From an uncultured Planctomycetia bacterium (GTDB lineage: Bacteria > Planctomycetota > GCA-002687715 > CAYQRN01): a DNA stretch of 57,358 nucleotides. A program made the translations under genes and the position numbers. Location: positions 1 to 57,358 of the forward strand of contig CAYQRN010000001.1 of NCBI GenBank assembly GCA_964419995.1, given 5' to 3'. Positions 46,274-53,664 of the stretch are shown here, in pieces. The notes beneath the pieces were generated by a model. The model was not told the origin of the DNA. It made no database searches and worked only from the letters and a program-made list of their open reading frames with translations. Position 1 is the first letter of the stretch, and each line of letters opens with the position of its first letter.

Positions 46274-48103
46274 ATGTCGACCCGTCTCGTTGCGCTCGGC
46301 CTCGCCGCGGAGATCGCGGCCCTGCTCGTCGTGCTCGCAGCCGGTCGGGCCAGGCGCGGGGCCGCGGCATCCCGCGCGGGCGGGGGTGCGTTTACGCAGG
46401 GTATCGGGCTCCTTCTCCGCCTGCATGGCCGTGGTCTCGTCGCGGTCACGCTCCTCCTCGCCGGCTTCGCGGCCGCTGCCTCGCCCTCGGCCCGTCCGGG
46501 CGCCGCGCTGGCGGTCCTCGCCGGATCAGCGGCGGCGCTGCTCCTCGGAATCGCGGCGGCGGGACGCCTCCGGCCGGGGGCAGCCCCCGAGGATCGCGGA
46601 TCGACGCGTCCCGCCGCGGTCCTCGTCCCCGCTGCGGTTCTTCCGGCAGGCCTCCTCTTCCTCGGCACCGCCGGGTTCGCGGCGCAGGATCCCCGCGCCG
46701 TGTGGCTGCCGGCGTCCTTCCTGCTCGGCATGGCGGGATCGGTGGCCGTGCTCCGGTTCGGAGCGGTCGTGGCCGGCGAAGGACTCGCCCGCGCAGCCCG
46801 GGACCTGCCCGGGATGGAGGCCGGCCTCCGTCCCGATGACAGCGGGATTCCCGCCTTCCTCCGGAACGAAGGACCGCTGATCGGCGGTGTGTTTCCCGTG
46901 GTGGAGCGGGCGCTCCTGCTCCTCGCGGCGCTCTTCGCGACCCGCTGCTTCGTGATCCTCGCGCCCCCCGATCGCGTCGAATCGCTTCTCGGACCGGCGG
47001 GCGCGGCGGGGATCGGACCGCGCCTCGCGGAATTCGCTTTCCTCGCCGCGGCCTTCACCGCTGCCGGATACGCCCTGCTCGGGATCGTCGCCGGCCGAAG
47101 CCGCGGGGCGCCGGCGTCTTCGGCGGCGATCGGGATCGCGGCTCTCGCCTCCTTCCTGACCGGCGCGCTTCTCGGCGTGGGCATCGCCTGCGCCGCGTGT
47201 GTCGTCCTCGGCGTGCTGGTTGCCGAACTGGCGGACGTCGCCGCCCGGCGCACCATCGAGGCCCGCTGGCGCGATACCGGACCGGAGGGGGATCCCGGCG
47301 GCGATCCCGGGTTCCGTCCGGCCTCCGCGCGGGCCGCCGTGACTCTCGAGGCCGTCATCCTGATGGCGGGTGTGGCCCTCGCGCTGCGCTTCGCGGGGCC
47401 CCTCGGGTCGCTCCTTCTCTCTTCGGGCCTCGCGCTCCGCGCCGTTCTCCGAACTCCGGAGCCGGTGGCTCCGTCGCCACCGTCCGCCGCCTGCGATCCT
47501 CCCGCCGTCGCTCTCTCCGCCGGATGGATCGGCGCGATTCTCCTCGTCACGTTCTGCGACGCGATGACGATGGCGGCCGTCCGATCGGGGAAGGCGGCCG
47601 AGCTGCTAACGACCCTCGGATCAGGTCACGAAACGGCCACGACATTCCTTCCGTTCTTCCCGGTGGTCGAGGCGCTGGCGGGCATCCTCGCCGGAGGCCT
47701 CTGCGGGACGCTTGCCGGCGGGTCGCCCGCGCGGGCAATCGGACGTGTCGCCGCCGTGGTCATCGATGACATCCGCCGGCAGCTTCGGGTGGGGCCCGCC
47801 GGGGGGAATGCCGGGCGCGGGGTCCCCGTCCGCGTCGTGGGGCGGGCGGCAGCCCTCCAGTCCGTGCCCCGCGTCGCGGCGATCGCGTTTCTTCCCCTCG
47901 CGACCGGAGCGATTCTCGGCCCCGTGATCGCCGCGGCATGGGTGGCGGGCTTCTGCCTTGGCGCCGCCGCGCGCGGCGAGACCGCCACGATTCTGCGTCT
48001 CCGGGGCGCCTCGGGGGGCGAGGCGGGCGTGGGCCCCGGCGCCATGGCCGTGCTTGCCGGCGCCTCGGCCGTCGTGGGGGCTTCGATTCAAACCCTTATT
48101 TGA
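46274..48103 (+). CDS. Polytopic membrane protein resembling a membrane-integral pyrophosphatase (M-PPase) but lacking the catalytic Asp motifs
   Basis: It is 609 aa with about 14 hydrophobic segments. By eye, [30 protein letters not shown] aligns with M-PPase [41 protein letters not shown]...[24 protein letters not shown] aligns with VVEEVRRQF...ALKEMIIPGLLAVLAPIAVGFLLG. The C-terminal [18 protein letters not shown] aligns with [24 protein letters not shown]. Confidence 0.5.
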   Translation: [609 protein letters not shown]

Positions 48104-48245
48104 AAGAGACTTGAGTCGAAATCTGAGCGGGGATCCCTGAAGGCCTTTCCGGGGGGGCATCCGACCTGTAGACTGGGCGGCAGAGCGGTGCTACCGCTCT
48201 TCACCGATCCGGCGGAGTCCAGGAAGGCGCAACGAAGACGACGCG

Positions 48246-48665
48246 ATGCCAAGACAGACTGCGGGGGAAGTCGTAACGGAACCGACAGGCAACCTCACGG
48301 CCACGGCGCTGGCCCATCTCGCGGCGGACATCATTCTCGACAAGAAGGGCGAAGATCTCGCGGTCATCGATGTGTCCGAAGTCACGGACATCGCCGACTA
48401 CGTGGTGCTCGCCACGGGGATGAACGTCCGCCAGACTCGCGCCACGGCCATCGAGATCGACCGGGTCATGAAGCAGAAGGGCCGGCGCAAGCTCGGCATG
48501 CACGGCGCCGACCAGGGGCGCTGGGTGCTCGTCGACTACGGCGACGTCGTCGTCCATCTGCTGCTGGATGACGCGCGACGGTTCTATGATCTCGATGGAC
48601 TCTGGGGCGACGGCCGCGTGGTCCGGAAGGTCGAATCGGGCAGGAAGGCTGCCAGTACGGCCTGA
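48246..48665 (+). CDS. rsfS: Ribosomal silencing factor RsfS (iojap family)
   Basis: Motifs are DKKGEDLAVIDVSEVTDIADYVVLATG, WVLVDYGDVVVHLL and RRFYDLDGLW. Confidence 0.9.
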   Translation: MPRQTAGEVVTEPTGNLTATALAHLAADIILDKKGEDLAVIDVSEVTDIADYVVLATGMNVRQTRATAIEIDRVMKQKGRRKLGMHGADQGRWVLVDYGDVVVHLLLDDARRFYDLDGLWGDGRVVRKVESGRKAASTA

Positions 48666-48691
48666 ACTCCGTCGGTGCCGCCGACGGGCGG

Positions 48692-49159
48692 TCAGGGGCT
48701 CTCGGCCGCGGGCGCGCCGGAGTCCGGCGCCATCACCGGGGCGGGGGGTTGCCCGGCGGAACGGACTTCGTCCACGAGGCGGATATCGCCCTCGCGGACA
48801 TCGAGGAGGGTCCTGACGCCGCGATCCAGAAGATCCGACGCCCCGACCATTTCCGGCTCGAAGTGGGCCCTGTAGCGCCAGATCGTTCCGGAGTCCGTGA
48901 CGAAGCCGAGCCGTCGGCGTTCAGGGTCGAGGACGATGTGGTGCTTCCGATCGTTGGCCGGATCCGGGTCGTGATCCGCGAAGGCCCAGGTCTGCACCCA
49001 GCCGACGGTCCGGTCGCCCTGGACGACGCGAAGGAGACCGAGAAGGCGCGATTCGGGAACGTCGAATCCGATGGTGCTCTCGTCACGAACGGTCTCATGG
49101 GAGCAGGAGACGGCCGCCGCGAGGAGTCCGAGGGTGGCGCAGACTGCGATCCTGTTCAT
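48692..49159 (-). CDS. Small lipoprotein, hypothetical
   Basis: I trimmed listed ORF 48692..49258 to the ATG at 49159. The signal plus lipobox is MNRIAVCATLGLLAAAVSC. I recognise no family motif. Confidence 0.55.
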   Translation of the reverse strand: MNRIAVCATLGLLAAAVSCSHETVRDESTIGFDVPESRLLGLLRVVQGDRTVGWVQTWAFADHDPDPANDRKHHIVLDPERRRLGFVTDSGTIWRYRAHFEPEMVGASDLLDRGVRTLLDVREGDIRLVDEVRSAGQPPAPVMAPDSGAPAAESP

Positions 49160-49456
49160 GTTCCCTTCCCGGGGCTTCGGGGCGCCGGAGGATACCAGAC
49201 GTCCCCCCGCCGGGCAAACGTCCCGGCCCTGTGCCGGACGCAGGACGAAATCGGGCACCCGTTACCGCGGCGGGACACCATGGGGCACTCCGCCCCGCCG
49301 CCCGGTTCTTCGGGAATTCACGGAAGAAACGGCCGATGTTGCTCGTTAGATGGGCAGAGACCGGTGGTTTCGGTGATTCCCGGACGGGGCCCCGTAACTT
49401 TTGGCTCGACCGTTGCATCAAGACTCGGGGAAACCCCCGAACAGGAGGAAACGACG

Positions 49457-50092
49457 ATGGTGCACCTCTCGAAGACAATGGCCCTCGACCGTCTCGGAAC
49501 CACCGCGAAGTCGGGAAACGAGGAGGACCTCCGGCGGGAGAAGGAAGAGGAAGTCGCCCTCATCCGCGCCGCCAAGGAGGGGGATGTTGACAGCTACGGC
49601 AAGATCGTCCGGCATTACGAGAAGAAAGTCTTCTGGATCGCCTACCACTTCGTCAACAATTTCGACGATGCGCGCGACATCGCCCAGGAGGCTTTCCTCC
49701 GGGTGCATCGGGCTCTGGCCCGTTTCGATCTCAAGTACAACTTCTACACATGGCTCTACCGGATCGTGGTGAACCTCGCCATCGATCATCTGAGGAAGCG
49801 GAGCAAGCAGAACGCCGTTTCCATCGAGGATTTCCCCGCGGATCCCCCCGTCCGGCAGGACCCCGATGCGCGCCTTGACGCGGCCGAGACCCGCCGTTTG
49901 ATCCACTGCTGCCTCGACGGGCTGCCCGCCAAGTACAGGACCGTGCTTCTCCTCCGCGACGTCCACGAGATGTCGTGCGACGAGATTTCCCAGATCATCA
50001 AGTGCACGAACGCCACGACCCGCTGGCGCCTTCACAAGGCCCGGGAGCTCTTCAAGGCGCGCTGGGAGCGCCTCACGACCGCCCAGCGCTGA
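49457..50092 (+). CDS. ECF-type RNA polymerase sigma-70 family factor
   Basis: AGGAGGA lies 7 nt upstream of the ATG at 49457. Region 2 has YEKKVFWIAYHFVNNFDDARDIAQEAFLRVHRAL and YTWLYRIVVNLAIDHLRKR. Region 4 has LPAKYRTVLLLRDVHEMSCDEISQIIKCTNATTRWRLHKAR. Confidence 0.9.
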   Translation: MVHLSKTMALDRLGTTAKSGNEEDLRREKEEEVALIRAAKEGDVDSYGKIVRHYEKKVFWIAYHFVNNFDDARDIAQEAFLRVHRALARFDLKYNFYTWLYRIVVNLAIDHLRKRSKQNAVSIEDFPADPPVRQDPDARLDAAETRRLIHCCLDGLPAKYRTVLLLRDVHEMSCDEISQIIKCTNATTRWRLHKARELFKARWERLTTAQR

Positions 50093-50106
50093 GGCTCCGC
50101 GGTCCG

Positions 50107-53100
50107 CTACCGCGCCTCGGCGAACTCCACGGACTCGATCTCGACGAGTCCGGGAGTCGCGCCGAAGTCGAGCACGACCCGCTCCCCGGGGGTGCAGTCG
50201 GAGAGCGGGATCGAGATCATGTCCGTCCCGGCCATGGCCGACCCCGCCCGGCGCGGAACCCCCTCCCGGGACAGGATCGATGCCCGGACCTCCCGCGCCT
50301 CCGCGTTTCGATCGAAGGCTCCCCGGATCCTGACGACGGCGCTGCCTTCGAGGTCGGGAGGGAGGTCGAGAGTCACGACCGCGGGGCCGAGTACCGGCAG
50401 GAGAGCGCAGATTCCGCCTGCCGTCGCGGAGGCCGTCGCCAGAGCCCCGGATACGCCACCCGCGGCCAGGATCTCCCGGCCGCTCCGGCGGCGTCCCGGC
50501 GTGTGGGGGGGGTGGATCCAATCTGATCCGGCGCCGGCGGCGCAGAGACGCACCGCGTCATCGCCCGGCGGCAGGCGCAGTTCCGCCACGATCGTGAGGG
50601 TGCCACCGTCCGGGACGAGCACGAAAGGCAGGGGGATCGCGATGCTCGTCCGCCCGCCGCCTCCGGTCTCCCACGCCGCCTCGATGGAGTCCGGGGCGCG
50701 CCCGCCGCGCTCCGGCCGCATCGCGATCAGGAAGCGTGCCGTTCCGGCGACGGGCGGGCCCGCCGTGATCCGCTCCAGGACGACGCTCGAGCGGGGTCCG
50801 CCGGTCCGGGCGAGGGCGAGGAGCCGGGGGAACGGAAGATCCGCCAGAGTCTCCCGTTCACCGGCTCGCCCGGCGAGTAACTCCTCCGCAAGGCGCATGG
50901 CTGCGTCGAGGATCTGGGGGTCGACGCGGCGTTCGAGGCTGGCCCGGATCCGACCTGCGACGGGCGGCGTCGCTCCGGGGAGGAGCAGGATCAGGAGCTC
51001 GTCGGCCTCGCCACCGCCGATGCTCGCCGCCGCATCCGCCAGGTCCGCCCGCGCGGATTCCGCGATGAGACCTTCCCTCACGATCCTCGCGCAGATCCCG
51101 TCGAGGCCGTCGCCGGGCGAAAGGGCGAGGAGCCGCCGGGCCATGGCGACGAAGCGGCCGCTTCGGATGTCCGAGCGCGCGAGCTCGAACCGCAGCGCCG
51201 CGACGGCGGCTCCTCTCTGCCGGGGTGCCAGGGCTCGGGCGGCGATGGTCCGAATCGTCCCGTCGGGCGAGAGGAGGGAACCGGGGTCGTCGCCGGGCGG
51301 GTCACCGGCCACGAGGCGGCGGAGCCACTCCACGGAGGGACTTCGCTCGCGGCGCGACGCCGCCAGGGCTGCTGCCCCCTCCGGGTCGATGGTCGAAGCG
51401 AGGCGCAACGCCATGAACCTCTCGCCGTCGGTGGCGGAGAGGGCCTCCTCGAGGTCGGCGAGGGAGCCGGGAGCCGCCCAGATCTCGAGCAGGTAGAGCG
51501 CGGCGATGCGGGCGCCCGCGTCGAGGCCCCGGAGCCTGGCGCGGAGCCGGGGCGCGAGGGCGGCATGCCCCGGCGTCGCGAGGAAGGCGAGCGCCCGGGC
51601 CTTCGCCTCCGGGTCGGAGCCGAGAAGATCGTGAAGGCGCCGGTGGAGCTCGCGATCGGCCGAGGCGGCGAGGGCGGCCGATCCGGCGCGGAGCCGCGCG
51701 TCCAGCGCCGCGAGGCCGCCGCGGAGCCTGGCCACCTCCTCGGGATGGCTTGCCGCCACGTCCCTCCTTTCGCCGGGGTCCGCGGCGAGGTCGTGGAGGA
51801 CGAAGGCGGCGTCCGCCTGGTAGTGAAAGAGCTTGAACCGGCCATCGACGATGACCCGGCAGTCGTCCGAGAGGGCGTCGCGGAGCCCGCGGCTCCGCGG
51901 CGACTCGGCGAAGGCGGCGCGGGGGAAGGCGATCTCCGGGTCGAGGAGGACGGGCACGAGGGAGACGCCGTGCATCCAGGCCGGGATCGGGAGACCCGCG
52001 AGCTCGAGGAGGGTCGGCGCGATGTCCACGTTGCCCGTGGGTCGGCGGATCCGGGCGGGAGGGAGACCCGGGACGCGAAGGATGAGCGGGACCCGGATCT
52101 GCTCGTCGAAGAAGCTCGTTCCGTGGTACCAGGCGCCGTGCTCGCCGAAGGCCTCGCCGTGATCCGAATGGATGGCGAGGACGGAATCGTCGAGCCGGCC
52201 GAGGCTCTGAAGACCATCGAGGAGTCCGCCGAGGGCGCGATCGGTCTCCCGGACCTCGGCGTCGTAGAGGGCTTCCGCGGAGGCTCCGGGAGGAGCCTCC
52301 GCGGGCGTATAGGGCGCGTGGGGATCGAAGAGATGGAGCCAGAGGAACACCCTCTGCCGGCCCGCCGCCCGAACGGCTCCGAGGGCCCGGTCCACGACGC
52401 TCGCCGCCGAGAGCCCCTTCTCCTCGCGGATCACCGTCCCGAAGCCCTCGAAGAAGCTCTCGAAACGGTGATCGGCGATCTCGCGGCCGGACATCCCGGT
52501 GACGGCGAGGGTGGTGAACCCCGCCTCGACGAGGATCGCCGCGAGGGGTCGCACGGGGCCTTCCGGTGCGCGACCCGTGAGATCCTCGTGGACCCGCGGC
52601 GTCTCCGACGGGTATCGGGCGGTGAGCATCGATGCCATGGAGAAGGCGGTCTCGGAGGCCTGGCTCCGATGCGCGAGGAAGGCGGTGGAGGCCGCGGCGA
52701 GCTCACGAAGTCGAGGTGCGACCTCAGCCCGGTCGGGGTCCTCGATGCGGTCGGCCCGGAGCGCATCGACGGTGACGAGGATCACCGAACGTCCGGCCGC
52801 CGTTCCGAGAATCTCATCGCGGCGGGCCATGCCGGCCGCGGAGTGCGGGGGCGGGTCGAAGAGGCCCGGCGTGGCCGCCAGGATCTCCGGAGGGTCGGCC
52901 CCTCCGGGCCAGGTTGGCAGGATCGCGCCGAAAATCCGCGTGGCGAAGAAGGCTGCGCTGCCGTTGATCCTCATGTCGGCGGCCGCCGGCGGCGGAGGCG
53001 GGGAGAGGATGCAGTGAGCGACCGCGGCGGCGGCGGCGGCGGCCCCGGCGATCCGGAGGATCCGGAACCGGGGGAGGAGCGGAGGCAGGGCCAGGGCGAA

Positions 53101-53664
53101 GAGGCCGAGGGCCGCCAGGGCTGCCATGGCGTCGAGGGCCGGGTAGCGGAGGCGAAAACCCCGGACGTCGAGGACGAGGGCGGCGAAGGCCGCCGCGAGG
53201 AGGGCGAAAGCCGCCGGACGATGGCGCAGAGCGCCGCCGCGGACGAGGCGGAAACCCGTGGCCAGAAGCACGGCCATGGCTCCCGCGGCGGCGAGGCGGA
53301 GGGCCATGCGCCGCACGGAGGGACCGGCGCCCGGCCCCTCCGTGAGAAGGAGGATCGCGATGCCCGCGGCGGGCAGGGCGAGAGCGGCGTCGGCCGCGGC
53401 GATGCGCCACGGGCTCCGCGGCGGACCCATCCGGCGGAGGGCCTCGAGCGCGCCTGCGAGGGCGGCGAGCAGGGTGGATGCGCCGGCCGTCGCGGCGGCG
53501 TAGTCGACCATGAGGCCGATCGTCGTGCGACCGTCGGGCGGAGGCGCGCCGGTCAGCCCGCGCCGGAGGGCCGTGACGACCGCCAGGACGAGGCCGCCGG
53601 CCACCACGGCTGCTCCCGTCGCGAGACCCGCGCGCAGCGGAGATATGCGAAGATCACTCCCCAC
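50107..53664 (-). CDS. Giant membrane protein: about 8 TM segments, an alkaline-phosphatase-superfamily (sulfatase/LtaS/EptA-like) domain, HEAT-like repeats and a C-terminal beta-rich region
   Basis: The start is set to the in-frame GTG at 53664, because upstream of it the frame lies inside the preceding gene. An ATG further in (MVDYAAA) is also possible. Sulfatase-fold motifs are VILVTVDALRADR, ETAFSMASMLTARYP, LWLHLFDPHAPY, HSDHGEAFGEHG and NVDIAPTLLELAG. The C-terminal half is Ala/Leu/Arg helical repeats. Confidence 0.7.
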   Translation of the reverse strand: MGSDLRISPLRAGLATGAAVVAGGLVLAVVTALRRGLTGAPPPDGRTTIGLMVDYAAATAGASTLLAALAGALEALRRMGPPRSPWRIAAADAALALPAAGIAILLLTEGPGAGPSVRRMALRLAAAGAMAVLLATGFRLVRGGALRHRPAAFALLAAAFAALVLDVRGFRLRYPALDAMAALAALGLFALALPPLLPRFRILRIAGAAAAAAAVAHCILSPPPPPAAADMRINGSAAFFATRIFGAILPTWPGGADPPEILAATPGLFDPPPHSAAGMARRDEILGTAAGRSVILVTVDALRADRIEDPDRAEVAPRLRELAAASTAFLAHRSQASETAFSMASMLTARYPSETPRVHEDLTGRAPEGPVRPLAAILVEAGFTTLAVTGMSGREIADHRFESFFEGFGTVIREEKGLSAASVVDRALGAVRAAGRQRVFLWLHLFDPHAPYTPAEAPPGASAEALYDAEVRETDRALGGLLDGLQSLGRLDDSVLAIHSDHGEAFGEHGAWYHGTSFFDEQIRVPLILRVPGLPPARIRRPTGNVDIAPTLLELAGLPIPAWMHGVSLVPVLLDPEIAFPRAAFAESPRSRGLRDALSDDCRVIVDGRFKLFHYQADAAFVLHDLAADPGERRDVAASHPEEVARLRGGLAALDARLRAGSAALAASADRELHRRLHDLLGSDPEAKARALAFLATPGHAALAPRLRARLRGLDAGARIAALYLLEIWAAPGSLADLEEALSATDGERFMALRLASTIDPEGAAALAASRRERSPSVEWLRRLVAGDPPGDDPGSLLSPDGTIRTIAARALAPRQRGAAVAALRFELARSDIRSGRFVAMARRLLALSPGDGLDGICARIVREGLIAESARADLADAAASIGGGEADELLILLLPGATPPVAGRIRASLERRVDPQILDAAMRLAEELLAGRAGERETLADLPFPRLLALARTGGPRSSVVLERITAGPPVAGTARFLIAMRPERGGRAPDSIEAAWETGGGGRTSIAIPLPFVLVPDGGTLTIVAELRLPPGDDAVRLCAAGAGSDWIHPPHTPGRRRSGREILAAGGVSGALATASATAGGICALLPVLGPAVVTLDLPPDLEGSAVVRIRGAFDRNAEAREVRASILSREGVPRRAGSAMAGTDMISIPLSDCTPGERVVLDFGATPGLVEIESVEFAEAR

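Noticed and set aside
49394-49414. A candidate ECF-type autoregulatory promoter (GTAAC ... CGTT) upstream of the ECF sigma gene.
   Set aside because: The spacer between AAC and CGT is only 12 nt, against the 16-17 nt typical of ECF promoters. I saw no convincing alternative -35/-10 pair.
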